Made by a program: the position numbers and the translations under genes. Below the pieces are notes generated by a model. It saw nothing but the letters and a program-made list of their open reading frames with translations. It did not search any database and was not told the origin of the DNA. This document shows, in pieces, positions 28,363-37,628 of a stretch of DNA of 50,761 nucleotides (positions are counted from its first letter, which is position 1; each line of letters opens with the position of its first letter). This stretch comes from Escherichia phage MatMar, in the sequence record OR896829.1; one strand, written 5' to 3'.

Positions 28363-30402
28363 ATGATTCCTAATATTGAAAAGCAGATAGCCGCTTTAGG
28401 TGAAGAAACGATCCGAAAAATACAGGAGCGTTTCACGGTTGGCGATATTGTGCCATATCCTTACCAGGTTGTTGCATACACTGAGATCGCAAAGCGTATG
28501 CGAAATTATCAGCATCCATTCTTTATTAAAGCGTCAGTATCAGCAGGCAAAACATTGATGTTTGCAATGGTTGCGGCGCAATGCCGGAAAATGGGCTTGA
28601 AAATGATGGTATTGGCGCGACAGGCTGAAATTGTTGATCAGGATTCAGAGGAGATCACAAATCTCGGCGTGCCAAATTCCATTTATTGTGCCGGACTGAA
28701 AACCAAAAGCGCATACTTTCCTATTGTGGTTGGTTCTGAGGGAACTGTAGTTAACGGCCTGTTTAAGTCACTTGGCGACTATGTTCCGCACGTTATCGGG
28801 ATTGACGAGTGTCATCAGGTGGATTGGGAAGACCTTGCCGACGCGATAGAGAATGATGAATCACTCATTCAAATGACGACAAAAAAGGGCGAGAAAGTAA
28901 AGAATCCAGATTACGACATCACGAACGCCCATGAGTGTGATGAATTCCTGATTGGGGAAGATGGCTTGCCAATGGAAGGAACAGGCCGGACACAGTACAC
29001 CGTTATCATCATGGAAATGATGCGTCGTTGCAGGAAGGAATACGGTCACGAATTGCGTATATTTGGCATGACTGGATCGGAATTTCGCGGCGTGGTTCCA
29101 ATCCTGGTTGAAGATAAAAAACAGAAAGGATTTTGGCGAGAACAGGTTACTAACATAGATACCAACTATCTGATCAAATTCGGTTCGGTTGTGCCAACCA
29201 ATTTTGGCGACGTTGGCGATCTCGGTTATGACCTGTCAGAGTTCGAGGCATCCAGCGAGGACGGAGTTGCAGATTTTGACGCGAAAACGCTTCGCAAAAT
29301 GGAACAGAAGATCCATGAAGAAGCCACTATGACTAAGCGCATCATGGAGAAGGTGCACGAAATATGTAAAAACCGTAACGGCGTATTGGTGACATGTGCA
29401 GGTGAAAGACATTGTAAAGAGGCGGCGGCAGCGTTGCCTCCTGGCACGACTTACCGGATCATCACTGGCAAGACTGGCGACAATCAGCGTAAAGAATGGC
29501 TGAAAGAAGCATACGAGGGGAAAGTAAAATACATCTTCCAGGTGCAGGCGCTAACCACTGGCGTTAACGTGCCGTTTTGGGATACGTCAGTTATTCTGCG
29601 TAAGATTGGATCGCTAACTTTGTTGATTCAGCTTTTAGGTCGCGGTATGCGACTGCTTAAAAAGTGGCACAAAGAGCAGGGCTTTCATAAAGACGATCAT
29701 CTTGTTTTGGACTTTTCCGGCACGATGGACGAGTTAGGAGAGCTTTATTTCGATCCGATACTGGAGCAGGCGCAGCATCAGAAGAGATTCAAAAACGGAA
29801 AAGATCCGAAGCCTTGCCCTGTATGCAAGACGTTAAACAGCTATTACGCTCGACGTTGTATGCACGTAGACGAAAACGGAAACAGATGCGAATGGTTTTT
29901 CAAATACAAGATATGCGAGGATCGGATAGACCAGCGCACCAGAAAGGTTATCCATCACGGCTGTGGTACTAAGAATGATATTGCGGCCAGGGTGTGCAGG
30001 CATTGCGATGTGTCGCTTATTGACCCTAACGAAAAGTTAAGCGGTAAGCACTACACAAAAAACGACTGGTTCCAGGTAAAATCTTTCTCGGTTGACATGA
30101 CGAAAAATCAGAAAGGGATCATCTTCAATTATGAGCTTTCCGACGGCATCGACACATTCAGGGCGCGAGAGATATTTTTCCCTGAATCAGAAAGCCAGAT
30201 TTGCAGGGATAAATGGCGTAGAGTCGCGTTAAAGCATATACCGGATCGCCGTATTGCTGGCATGGTGGCAAGCTATCGCAATGCAAGAAAAATCATGCAA
30301 TATGCGAATCACATCATGCAGCCGTCGATGGTAACTCACCGCAAGACGAGTAAGGGCGAAGATAATCTATACAAGAAGGAGTTTAATTATGGCAATGACT
30401 GA
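28363..30402 (+). CDS. SF2 DNA helicase with C-terminal zinc ribbons
   Basis: 679 aa; Walker A SVSAGKT, DECH box (IGIDECHQ), Cys-x2-Cys pairs near C-terminus. Confidence 0.7.
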   Translation: MIPNIEKQIAALGEETIRKIQERFTVGDIVPYPYQVVAYTEIAKRMRNYQHPFFIKASVSAGKTLMFAMVAAQCRKMGLKMMVLARQAEIVDQDSEEITNLGVPNSIYCAGLKTKSAYFPIVVGSEGTVVNGLFKSLGDYVPHVIGIDECHQVDWEDLADAIENDESLIQMTTKKGEKVKNPDYDITNAHECDEFLIGEDGLPMEGTGRTQYTVIIMEMMRRCRKEYGHELRIFGMTGSEFRGVVPILVEDKKQKGFWREQVTNIDTNYLIKFGSVVPTNFGDVGDLGYDLSEFEASSEDGVADFDAKTLRKMEQKIHEEATMTKRIMEKVHEICKNRNGVLVTCAGERHCKEAAAALPPGTTYRIITGKTGDNQRKEWLKEAYEGKVKYIFQVQALTTGVNVPFWDTSVILRKIGSLTLLIQLLGRGMRLLKKWHKEQGFHKDDHLVLDFSGTMDELGELYFDPILEQAQHQKRFKNGKDPKPCPVCKTLNSYYARRCMHVDENGNRCEWFFKYKICEDRIDQRTRKVIHHGCGTKNDIAARVCRHCDVSLIDPNEKLSGKHYTKNDWFQVKSFSVDMTKNQKGIIFNYELSDGIDTFRAREIFFPESESQICRDKWRRVALKHIPDRRIAGMVASYRNARKIMQYANHIMQPSMVTHRKTSKGEDNLYKKEFNYGND

Positions 30403-30808
30403 TAAAGGTGACTATCTGGAGTTTTACGAAAGAGATCCAACAGATACACTAAAAGAAGAATCGCACCAGATAGGTGCGTTTCAATGGGTGACTTATGCTC
30501 ATCCTGAATTGCTGGCCTGGCATACGAAAAACGAAGGAGACAAGGGAATCGCCACTGCAATGATGGATCAGCAAGCCGGACTCGTTAAGGGTGTGAGTGA
30601 CTTCATCATCCTGATTGGATTAAAAGGCCGCTACCCGTTTGCGGCTATTGAAATGAAGCGCGTCAACAAGTCCGGCAAGGGGAAGGCTTCTCCGGTCAGC
30701 AAAGAGCAAAAAGCCTTCTTGCGCCGCGTGCGCGAGCTTGGCGGCTTCGCTGCCGTCACCTACGGTTACAAGCAATTCATGATCGCAGTTGATTACATGC
30801 TGAAATAG
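30389..30808 (+). CDS. VRR-NUC domain nuclease, putative
   Basis: 139 aa; GVSDFIIL ... AAIEMKR ... EQKAFL pattern of PD-(D/E)XK VRR-NUC proteins; overlaps helicase 3' end. Confidence 0.5.
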   Translation: MAMTDKGDYLEFYERDPTDTLKEESHQIGAFQWVTYAHPELLAWHTKNEGDKGIATAMMDQQAGLVKGVSDFIILIGLKGRYPFAAIEMKRVNKSGKGKASPVSKEQKAFLRRVRELGGFAAVTYGYKQFMIAVDYMLK

Positions 30809-30848
30809 CACTTTTTGTTAAAACAGGCGCGATGGATTGCGCCATAAT
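30803..30848 (+). promoter_or_regulatory. AAATAGCAC module: 22-bp box overlapping stop codon, GC hairpin spacer, CATAAT at N22
   Basis: aaatagcactttttgttaaaac aggcgcgatggattgcgc cataat. Confidence 0.5.
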
Positions 30849-30880
30849 CAAATAAACAAGGAAATCGCGAGGATATTAAC

Positions 30881-31582
30881 GTGAAGAAAGAAATTGAAAT
30901 CAGCTTTGAACAAATCGAACGAGAAACGTTTGTAGGTAATGCCCTAGCGACCGGAGGCCATTACCAGGCAGTTAAGTCAAATCAATATTTCAAAGTGACG
31001 GGCAACCGATATAACGGAAGCAATACGCCGGACGTTGTGCGCGATTTATGGTCTACACCATCAGAGCTTGTCGCATGGATGGAAAGCGAATATGGTGATT
31101 ATGACATCGACGCGGCAGCAAGCAAAGATAATGCTGTATGCGAAAAATTCTACAGCAAGGAAACGAATTGCTTAAAGCGTTGGTGGGGTAGTAATAAGCA
31201 CATCTGGCTTAATCCACCATACAGCAACATCACGCCATTCGTTAAGAAAGCGATTGAGCAGATGGAGCACAACAACCAGATCGACATGCTTTTACCATGC
31301 GACACATCAACAGGATGGTTTTATGAAGCGCAACAGCACGCGGCGGAAATAATCTGGATCACTGGAGAAGTTTACAAAGAGGATGGAACAGAATATTCAC
31401 GCACCGGACGCCTGGCGTTTACTTCCGCACTTACAGGTAAACCAGTACAGGGCAACAACAAAGGAAGCGTTATTTTCATCATGCGTGAACTGAAAGAAGG
31501 CGAGCATCAGAAAACGCGATACGTTAAAATCAGCGACATTTGCCCTTCCGTGGCAGAGCGTCGGGCAAGAAAGCGGAGTTAA
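30881..31582 (+). CDS. DNA N6-adenine methyltransferase (phage Dam-like)
   Basis: 233 aa, GTG start after GAGGA RBS; catalytic NPPY motif (WLNPPYSN). Confidence 0.65.
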   Translation: MKKEIEISFEQIERETFVGNALATGGHYQAVKSNQYFKVTGNRYNGSNTPDVVRDLWSTPSELVAWMESEYGDYDIDAAASKDNAVCEKFYSKETNCLKRWWGSNKHIWLNPPYSNITPFVKKAIEQMEHNNQIDMLLPCDTSTGWFYEAQQHAAEIIWITGEVYKEDGTEYSRTGRLAFTSALTGKPVQGNNKGSVIFIMRELKEGEHQKTRYVKISDICPSVAERRARKRS

Positions 31583-31586
31583 TATC

Positions 31587-31844
31587 ATGCAAAAAGAAAG
31601 AAGCGTTTATTTAAATGAGTGTGGCGAATGGTTGCTTTATCGCGCTATGGTTTGCGATGCGCTTGATAAAAACCCTAACGTGAAAAAGATGATTGATTGC
31701 GATCCGTGGGAATTTTCAAGCGCATTGGATATGAGCTTTGAGGAGACAAAAAAACTCCCGCTTGAAAAATGGCATGAACAGATCAGAAATGACATGCAAG
31801 AATTTGTCGATTCGTGGAATTTTCAGCACGGAATGATCCACTAA
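31587..31844 (+). CDS. hypothetical protein
   Basis: 85 aa ORF. Confidence 0.45.
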   Translation: MQKERSVYLNECGEWLLYRAMVCDALDKNPNVKKMIDCDPWEFSSALDMSFEETKKLPLEKWHEQIRNDMQEFVDSWNFQHGMIH

Positions 31845-31887
31845 CAGCACTTTTTGTTAAAACGCCCGGCATTTTGTCGGGCATAAT
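31842..31887 (+). promoter_or_regulatory. AAATAGCAC module (CAGCAC variant), hairpin spacer, CATAAT at N22
   Basis: taacagcactttttgttaaaac gcccggcattttgtcggg cataat. Confidence 0.5.
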
Positions 31888-31919
31888 TATTTCATCGAAA
31901 CGAAAATGAGGAAATAAAA

Positions 31920-32099
31920 ATGGTAGTATATAGCAAGAAAGCATTTGACCAGGCGCAACAAACCGCACGCGAGGCGGTAAAAGGTGGAACGAAAAACAAT
32001 ATGCAGCTTGATTGGGGCGCTGCAATGATTCTACTTCGCGTTGCATATGGTCACTACCCATTAGAATTTGCGGAGGCATATTATAAGCATGAAAGTTGA
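31920..32099 (+). CDS. hypothetical small protein (59 aa)
   Basis: ORF below the track threshold; GAGGA RBS 8 nt upstream; follows promoter-like module. Confidence 0.4.
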   Translation: MVVYSKKAFDQAQQTAREAVKGGTKNNMQLDWGAAMILLRVAYGHYPLEFAEAYYKHES

Positions 32100-32331
32100 A
32101 CAAGGGCGTGAAGCAGTCTGGCAACATATAAACGAAATGGGGATGGCTGACGACATAAAGAAGATCGCGCAATATTTCGATATTGCAGACATCAGCGTGA
32201 TCGGAGGCGGCAAAATGACTTTCCTCAAGGAAAAGCCGCGCAAGATGGTGCGAGTTCCAGCCATACCAACAAAAATTGATTTCAAAGAGGCAATGTCTAA
32301 AATTCGAGAGCCTCGCAAATATTATAAGTGA
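32089..32331 (+). CDS. hypothetical protein
   Basis: 80 aa from ATG 32089; overlaps 3' end of upstream small ORF. Confidence 0.4.
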   Translation: MKVEQGREAVWQHINEMGMADDIKKIAQYFDIADISVIGGGKMTFLKEKPRKMVRVPAIPTKIDFKEAMSKIREPRKYYK

Positions 32332-32342
32332 GGATGGTTATC

Positions 32343-32420
32343 ATGTGGCGCTTGTTTGTTCTACCGTTACCCGTTATCATTGCGACCGCTATCATATATA
32401 GTATCGTAATGCACCAATAG
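32343..32420 (+). CDS. possible 25-aa hydrophobic peptide
   Basis: MWRLFVLPLPVIIATAIIYSIVMHQ; GAGGA RBS at correct spacing; not in ORF track. Confidence 0.25.
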   Translation: MWRLFVLPLPVIIATAIIYSIVMHQ

Positions 32421-32431
32421 GAGAAAAAATC

Positions 32432-33550
32432 ATGAGTCAGAGCAAGATAACGGACGAGCAATTCACGCATGAGCGATTAAAGGGTAAGAGCTATCGTCAG
32501 ATTGCTGAGGAATACGGCCTTAACGTTCGTAGCGTCGAGCGCCGAGCGGCACGACTGGCAAAACAGGGTAAAATATCAACCATCGGAACTCCTGGTTTTG
32601 GTGTTCACGGTGAATCGGTCATGACCGACAAAGAAGGTAACGTGATCGTCAAATGGACAAAGACCAGTAAGGACAAAGAGCAACTGGAAGCGTTGATGCG
32701 TGCAGCTATGGACGCTTTTACCGAAGAATTGCCGCGAGTAGATCCGACACCGGAAGAAGCGAGCGAATACAGCGAAAGCCTTGCCCTTTACCCCGTTTTT
32801 GATATGCACCTGGGAGCTATGGCGCACAAACACGAATGCGGCGAGAATTGGGATACTTCCACGGCTGAGAAAGTAATGAATGACTTTTTCGATTATGCTG
32901 TGGCCTGTGCACCGTTCAGCGAGAAAGCAGTGCTACTGATTGGGGGTGACATGCTTCATAGTGACGGCCTGGAAGCAGTAACGCCTGCAAGCGGTCACGT
33001 CCTGGATCAAGATAGCCGATACGCAAAATTGGTTTACGTGGCAATCCGCGCCGTCCGTCGTGCCATTGAGTTGATGCTCAAAAAACACAAAGAAGTAGAG
33101 ATCCAGATAATTGAGGGAAACCATGACCAAAGCGGCATGATCTGGTTACGTGCAGCTATGGCGGCGGCATATGAAAAAGAGCCGCGCGTTTACGTTGATG
33201 TATCGCCGCGAGTGGTTCACCATACGCAGTACGGAAAAACCTTCCTTGCATATCATCACGGTCACACCGTCCGCAAGCCGGAAACATTGCTAATGATGTG
33301 CGCGGCAGACTGGCGGGAGGACTTCGGCAACTCAAAAACGATGTATGCGCACGTAGGGCATTTTCATCATCAGACTGTAACAGAAACATCGCTCGGCATT
33401 GTTGAAGTACATAGCACGATGGCAGCTAAAGACGCATACGCCGCGCGAGGCGGTTGGCGTTCCCGTCGCCGTGCTGCGGTTATCATTTACGACAAAGAAC
33501 ACGGCGAAATCGGACGATTTATGTTTTATCCTGAGATGGCAGAGAAATAA
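32432..33550 (+). CDS. HTH domain fused to calcineurin-like metallophosphoesterase
   Basis: 372 aa; N-terminal HTH (SYRQIAEEYGLNVRSVERRAARL); phosphoesterase motifs DMH, GDMLHSDG, GNHD, GHFHH in order. Confidence 0.5.
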   Translation: MSQSKITDEQFTHERLKGKSYRQIAEEYGLNVRSVERRAARLAKQGKISTIGTPGFGVHGESVMTDKEGNVIVKWTKTSKDKEQLEALMRAAMDAFTEELPRVDPTPEEASEYSESLALYPVFDMHLGAMAHKHECGENWDTSTAEKVMNDFFDYAVACAPFSEKAVLLIGGDMLHSDGLEAVTPASGHVLDQDSRYAKLVYVAIRAVRRAIELMLKKHKEVEIQIIEGNHDQSGMIWLRAAMAAAYEKEPRVYVDVSPRVVHHTQYGKTFLAYHHGHTVRKPETLLMMCAADWREDFGNSKTMYAHVGHFHHQTVTETSLGIVEVHSTMAAKDAYAARGGWRSRRRAAVIIYDKEHGEIGRFMFYPEMAEK

Positions 33551-33721
33551 ATGAAAGTACGTTGCACCAGAAACACATCTAAGCAATTGCCTTATACCGT
33601 CGGCCTGATTTACACGGCTGTAGCAATTCCTGGCGGCATGTATGAGATCCGCGACGGGCAAGGCAGTGCAATAATCGCACCATTACACGGCTATTACCTG
33701 ACTTTTTCACCAGCAGAATAA
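33551..33721 (+). CDS. hypothetical small protein (56 aa)
   Basis: ATG immediately after upstream stop; not in ORF track. Confidence 0.3.
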   Translation: MKVRCTRNTSKQLPYTVGLIYTAVAIPGGMYEIRDGQGSAIIAPLHGYYLTFSPAE

Positions 33722-33742
33722 CCATATAAAACATTAACTTAT

Positions 33743-33780
33743 AAGGAGGCTTAATTTACAAGCCTCCTTTTTTTATTTAT
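33743..33780 (+). terminator. strong rho-independent terminator-like hairpin
   Basis: aaggaggcttaatttacaagcctcctt followed by tttttttatttatttttt. Confidence 0.6.
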
Positions 33781-33844
33781 TTTTTCAGCACAATGTTTAA
33801 AATGCAATCATCACTATTGACATTTGAATAAAGAGGATCTAAAA

Positions 33845-34060
33845 ATGAAAGATTTTTTGAACGCTGCAACGTCAGGCACGGGTGGTGCATCAATCACGGG
33901 AGCAGTAACAGGACAAACTGCAATTGCAATTGCCAGCTTCGTATTGATGGCTATTTTCGGCGTGTGGGGCGCTTATCTGCGGTGGCGTGATAGTAAAGCC
34001 TTCCAGAAGGCGCTTGATAGTGGTGACTTTAAAAAAGCAATTGAAATTAGGGGTAAATAA
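33845..34060 (+). CDS. holin (small single-TMD, pinholin-like)
   Basis: 71 aa from ATG 33845 with AAGAGGA RBS; one hydrophobic segment then charged C-terminus; directly upstream of endolysin. Confidence 0.5.
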   Translation: MKDFLNAATSGTGGASITGAVTGQTAIAIASFVLMAIFGVWGAYLRWRDSKAFQKALDSGDFKKAIEIRGK

Positions 34061-34548
34061 TGAGCGCAAGAAATAGCGTCGTCGCCGTCGCCATCGGCGC
34101 TGCGCTTGCTCTTACTTCTCCACTTCTTGAGGAAATAGAAGGGATCAGATACACGCCATATAAAGATATTGCCGGAGTCTGGACGGTATGCGCCGGAATC
34201 ACCGGAAAAGATGTGATTATCGGCAAGACCTACACAAAGCGCGAATGCGATGCGCTACTGGCAAAACATATCAAGGTGGCGAAGGATGAAGTAGACAAGC
34301 GCGTGAAGGTTGAAATCCCAGCCACGATGAGAGCGGCGATGTATAGTTTCACTTTTAACGCTGGTGTGGGTGCATTCCGCAATTCGACAATGCTTAAACT
34401 GATTAATCAGGGCAGATTGCCGGAAGCGTGCCAGCAGTTATGGCGGTGGGATAAATTCACGAATCCTAAAACCGGAAAGAAAGAACGCTCTAAAGGTTTA
34501 CGCAACCGTCGCGCGGTTGAGTTTAAATACTGCATGAGGGATCTGTAA
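34060..34548 (+). CDS. endolysin, lysozyme-type with N-terminal signal-anchor-release segment
   Basis: 162 aa; hydrophobic N-terminus [18 protein letters not shown] then [22 protein letters not shown] lysozyme catalytic region. Confidence 0.7.
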   Translation: MSARNSVVAVAIGAALALTSPLLEEIEGIRYTPYKDIAGVWTVCAGITGKDVIIGKTYTKRECDALLAKHIKVAKDEVDKRVKVEIPATMRAAMYSFTFNAGVGAFRNSTMLKLINQGRLPEACQQLWRWDKFTNPKTGKKERSKGLRNRRAVEFKYCMRDL

Positions 34549-34934
34549 TGAAACGAATCACAGCTATTGCACTGGCGGTTTTATTGTCCGGCTGTTCTGC
34601 TATAAGTCCAGTTGACCTACTGACCGGAAGTAAGCCAGATATTAGCGCCCAGGCTGGCGCGGAGAACGTGAAGCAGGCCGTTGGTATTACCGCAAAAAAA
34701 GACTCCAGCAGCAAGCAGGAAAACACCTTTAAAGAATCGAAGGTCGAAAAGGTGGATACATCCAGCAAGAAGACGGTTAAGGCATCAACCATTCAGGCCA
34801 ATACCATCAATGCGGAAAAAATCCAGGTTGTGCAGGGTGATAACGGCAGATGGTACGACCCGATAATCGTATGTTTTGCCACATTCGCCGTAATGCTTGC
34901 TATCTACTTCTGGACAAATAAAAAGGAGGCTTAA
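34548..34934 (+). CDS. unimolecular spanin (lipoprotein N-terminus plus C-terminal TMD)
   Basis: 128 aa; lipobox LLSGCS at N-terminus; C-terminal hydrophobic helix IIVCFATFAVMLAIYFW; last gene of lysis cassette. Confidence 0.55.
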   Translation: MKRITAIALAVLLSGCSAISPVDLLTGSKPDISAQAGAENVKQAVGITAKKDSSSKQENTFKESKVEKVDTSSKKTVKASTIQANTINAEKIQVVQGDNGRWYDPIIVCFATFAVMLAIYFWTNKKEA

Positions 34935-34948
34935 AGCCTCCTTTATTT
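34923..34948. terminator. bidirectional terminator-like hairpin between convergent operons
   Basis: aggaggcttaaagcctcct followed by tatttttaagc. Confidence 0.55.
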
Positions 34949-35167
34949 TTAAGCATCAGGCCATTCGTGTGAATGATTTGTTAGCTTCTGGTTTTCCTGA
35001 AATTCAATATCATAATGACCAGCCATTACGCGTTTAGCCATTTCCTCAACATATCCGACAGCTTGCTCGTGAGTCCAAGAGTCGGCTGGGAATTTTGTAG
35101 GGATCTCAGTGGTAGTGCCGTTTTCATGTTTGATAATCAGCGCCACGGTAAAAAATTTGTTGCTCAT
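34949..35167 (-). CDS. hypothetical protein
   Basis: 72 aa from ATG at 35167 with GAGGA RBS; last gene of leftward operon. Confidence 0.45.
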   Translation of the reverse strand: MSNKFFTVALIIKHENGTTTEIPTKFPADSWTHEQAVGYVEEMAKRVMAGHYDIEFQENQKLTNHSHEWPDA

Positions 35168-35199
35168 TTTGTTTTCCTCATATTCGTTTCGATGAAACA

Positions 35200-35245
35200 A
35201 ATATACCCGACTATAAGCCGGGCGTTTTAACAAAAAGTGCTATTC
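35200..35245 (-). promoter_or_regulatory. AAATAGCAC module, hairpin spacer, TATATT at N22
   Basis: - strand: gaatagcactttttgttaaaac gcccggcttatagtcggg tatatt; box overlaps stop of upstream gene. Confidence 0.5.
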
Positions 35246-35437
35246 CATCCGCTTCACCGTAACCAGCAAGACACCATCATCATCACATAAATTGTGTTCG
35301 GAAGTGTCAAAGGCACGCATATCCGATAAAAGCAGCGTAAGTAACGCATGAATGAAATCATCATGTGATATTGAATTTACGGCGCAAAATTTCAATATCT
35401 TGTCTATTAGACTTTGCTCCAAAGAGTTCATCATCAC
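35240..35437 (-). CDS. hypothetical protein
   Basis: 65 aa; AGGAGA RBS upstream of ATG at 35434; 5' part overlaps 3' end of upstream gene in another frame. Confidence 0.4.
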   Translation of the reverse strand: MMMNSLEQSLIDKILKFCAVNSISHDDFIHALLTLLLSDMRAFDTSEHNLCDDDGVLLVTVKRME

Positions 35438-35756
35438 TCATTTCTCCTATCCGTGCCATATCCCTTATCCATTCATTTTGCATTCCCTCAAAGGTGTAAA
35501 ATTCGAATCCGAACGGCCTACGGGCAGATCCGTCAATGCACCAAAATCTACCTTCAACGCCATCCAGATAACCAGCGCCCATCATTCTTGCGCAAAACTC
35601 TTTCGATAGCATGGAAGCGAACATGCGCGGGGTGAATCCGGCCTGCTTCGCCAGGCGTTCACATTCTCTGTGCTGATAGATAAATTTTGCAATGTGCTGA
35701 CGAGTAAACCAGTCGTAAGACTCACACCATCTGTAGAGATCCAGAATGAACATCAT
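35361..35756 (-). CDS. hypothetical protein
   Basis: 131 aa; start ATG overlaps stop (TAATG) of upstream 527-aa gene. Confidence 0.45.
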   Translation of the reverse strand: MMFILDLYRWCESYDWFTRQHIAKFIYQHRECERLAKQAGFTPRMFASMLSKEFCARMMGAGYLDGVEGRFWCIDGSARRPFGFEFYTFEGMQNEWIRDMARIGEMSDDELFGAKSNRQDIEILRRKFNIT

Positions 35757-37339
35757 TACCCCATTAACACAGGATTCACAAAAATAACACCATTAATAAC
35801 ACAAACGTAGTTTTTTTGCTCAAGCATCGGAAGCAGTTGCGATTCTATGCGCTTCATCACGCCAGCTTGCCCCAGGAAAGGTTTTACCTTGCGTGCTGCC
35901 TCATACAAAGCGCGGACATTCAATACGCCTTTATTTGCCTTACCGTGGCGGGTGATTAACTCAATCAGTTTTGACATCTCGGCATCATCACCAGCATAGC
36001 CGGACGCGTTCGCCGCGCTGATATACGTTTTGCTCAATTCATGGAACATCAGCAAGGCTTCTTGCATCGTGTCAACGTCAATCTCTCTAGACTTTTGCGG
36101 GTATCCAGCAGGATTAAACCAATTGCGTATCACATGCAGAACGGCAGCAATGCGGATCACCTGCTTATCCATTTTACCCAGCGCACCGCGTAGCATCGTA
36201 TGCGAATACTTTCCGCCGTCGGCAAGATGCGGTTCCATATCCTGGCGTGCAATGTTCAGCACGCGCATTGCAGAACGGCTAACTTTCAGAGAAACGTTAA
36301 TTTCGCTCATAATGTTATGCACCAACTGAAAGTATTGCGCTTTCAATTCACCGTCTACTGGTTCGTAAGTTGAATCACCATTCTCATCCACAAATACACG
36401 CGTACCGATTAACGGCTGTTCGCGCACCAGTAGAAAACGCTCGCTTACACCGATGCCACGAGATCCTGCATCCATGATGCCATTAATGGTTTCATCCTGG
36501 GCGATAACACTCATACATCCAAGCGCAAAAAAACTCATGTTATTGTCTGCATTAGAACGGGCGATAGAAACATGGCCGTGATCCCATGCTTTTAACACAA
36601 GTTCGCTGTTAGTTTTGCGCTCGCTATTCGCGTAAGTCAGGCCAAGCAGACTGTTAATACTGGTTGCTTCATCAGAAATAACCGCGAAGTTTCCTTGTCT
36701 GTTATTTATCTTTGCTAATCCCTCTGGTGTGGTGTCGGAGACAGGGAAAACAACATCGCAAAGTTTGCTTAGTTTTTCTTCCAGATCTTCTTTTTCTTGA
36801 TATAGAATCTCCATATCTGCGCCGGAGCGTTCGCTTTTCATCTCCTTTAGTAGTCCGGCAAGTTTTGCCTGTATCTTTTTCCGTTCCTTCTTGCGTTGCT
36901 CGTTGATGCGCTCAACTTCTGCAACCATAGGCGCAATAGCCAGACTGTTAATCGCGGATTTACCTGCCGACGGAGGCTGGCTTGTCACAACGTAAAGCGC
37001 GGTCGGCTGATCGGTTCCGTGGTAGTCAACTGTGAATCGACCAAGCATAGCGGCAGAAATACATCCGATAAAGTGCATGTAGGCCGATGATTCAGGGAAT
37101 TGAACAGATCTCGCAAGATTGCGCGCCAGCTTACCAACTACATCAACATCATTCCCAAGTGAAATGACAGGGTAGCGGTCGTTAGCGCCGTTAATATCTT
37201 CCACCTGGCCCCAATAGCTTGAAGATTGGCGGTATCCGTTGGCCTGAATGGATACACGAACAGGGGAAATACCTTGAGATTCGGCGGTTTCAATGATTTG
37301 TTTCGGTGATAACTGACTTGTTTCAAATGAAAAATTCAT
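35756..37339 (-). CDS. large early protein with P-loop-like motif (putative NTPase)
   Basis: 527 aa; deviant Walker A PPSAGKS and Walker-B-like AVISDEAT separated by charged coiled-coil-like insert. Confidence 0.4.
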   Translation of the reverse strand: MNFSFETSQLSPKQIIETAESQGISPVRVSIQANGYRQSSSYWGQVEDINGANDRYPVISLGNDVDVVGKLARNLARSVQFPESSAYMHFIGCISAAMLGRFTVDYHGTDQPTALYVVTSQPPSAGKSAINSLAIAPMVAEVERINEQRKKERKKIQAKLAGLLKEMKSERSGADMEILYQEKEDLEEKLSKLCDVVFPVSDTTPEGLAKINNRQGNFAVISDEATSINSLLGLTYANSERKTNSELVLKAWDHGHVSIARSNADNNMSFFALGCMSVIAQDETINGIMDAGSRGIGVSERFLLVREQPLIGTRVFVDENGDSTYEPVDGELKAQYFQLVHNIMSEINVSLKVSRSAMRVLNIARQDMEPHLADGGKYSHTMLRGALGKMDKQVIRIAAVLHVIRNWFNPAGYPQKSREIDVDTMQEALLMFHELSKTYISAANASGYAGDDAEMSKLIELITRHGKANKGVLNVRALYEAARKVKPFLGQAGVMKRIESQLLPMLEQKNYVCVINGVIFVNPVLMG

Positions 37340-37366
37340 TAAATCGACTCCTATTTGGTGCGGTGT

Positions 37367-37413
37367 ATGTTACCGCACCAATACTACCCTTATTTGTCAA
37401 AAAGTGCTATTTG
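37367..37413 (-). promoter_or_regulatory. AAATAGCAC module (TTGACA variant), hairpin spacer, TAACAT at N22
   Basis: - strand: aaatagcactttttgacaa N22 taacat acaccgcacc. Confidence 0.45.
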
Positions 37414-37628
37414 ATCCGCTCGATTGCAACCAGTAGGCGATCCGGCTGGCGGTCGCTGTAGCATTCTCCGGTTACATCATCCTTAAAAGTGAAGTAAAGC
37501 GACTTGTGATATGAATACCCAATCAGCCAACCTTCCGCAGTTCTCTTTATTGGCCTGACAATATCGCCAGGCTTGAAAGTTGCAGTTGTGGCGTGAGTTA
37601 CTTTATATCGGTATTCACTGCGGATCAT
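37407..37628 (-). CDS. hypothetical protein
   Basis: 73 aa ORF. Confidence 0.45.
   Translation of the reverse strand: MIRSEYRYKVTHATTATFKPGDIVRPIKRTAEGWLIGYSYHKSLYFTFKDDVTGECYSDRQPDRLLVAIERIK

Noticed and set aside
33817-33845. TTGACA at 33817-33822 as the -35 of a holin promoter
   Set aside because: A -10 at 17 bp spacing would overlap the holin RBS and start codon, leaving no leader; more likely a chance match.
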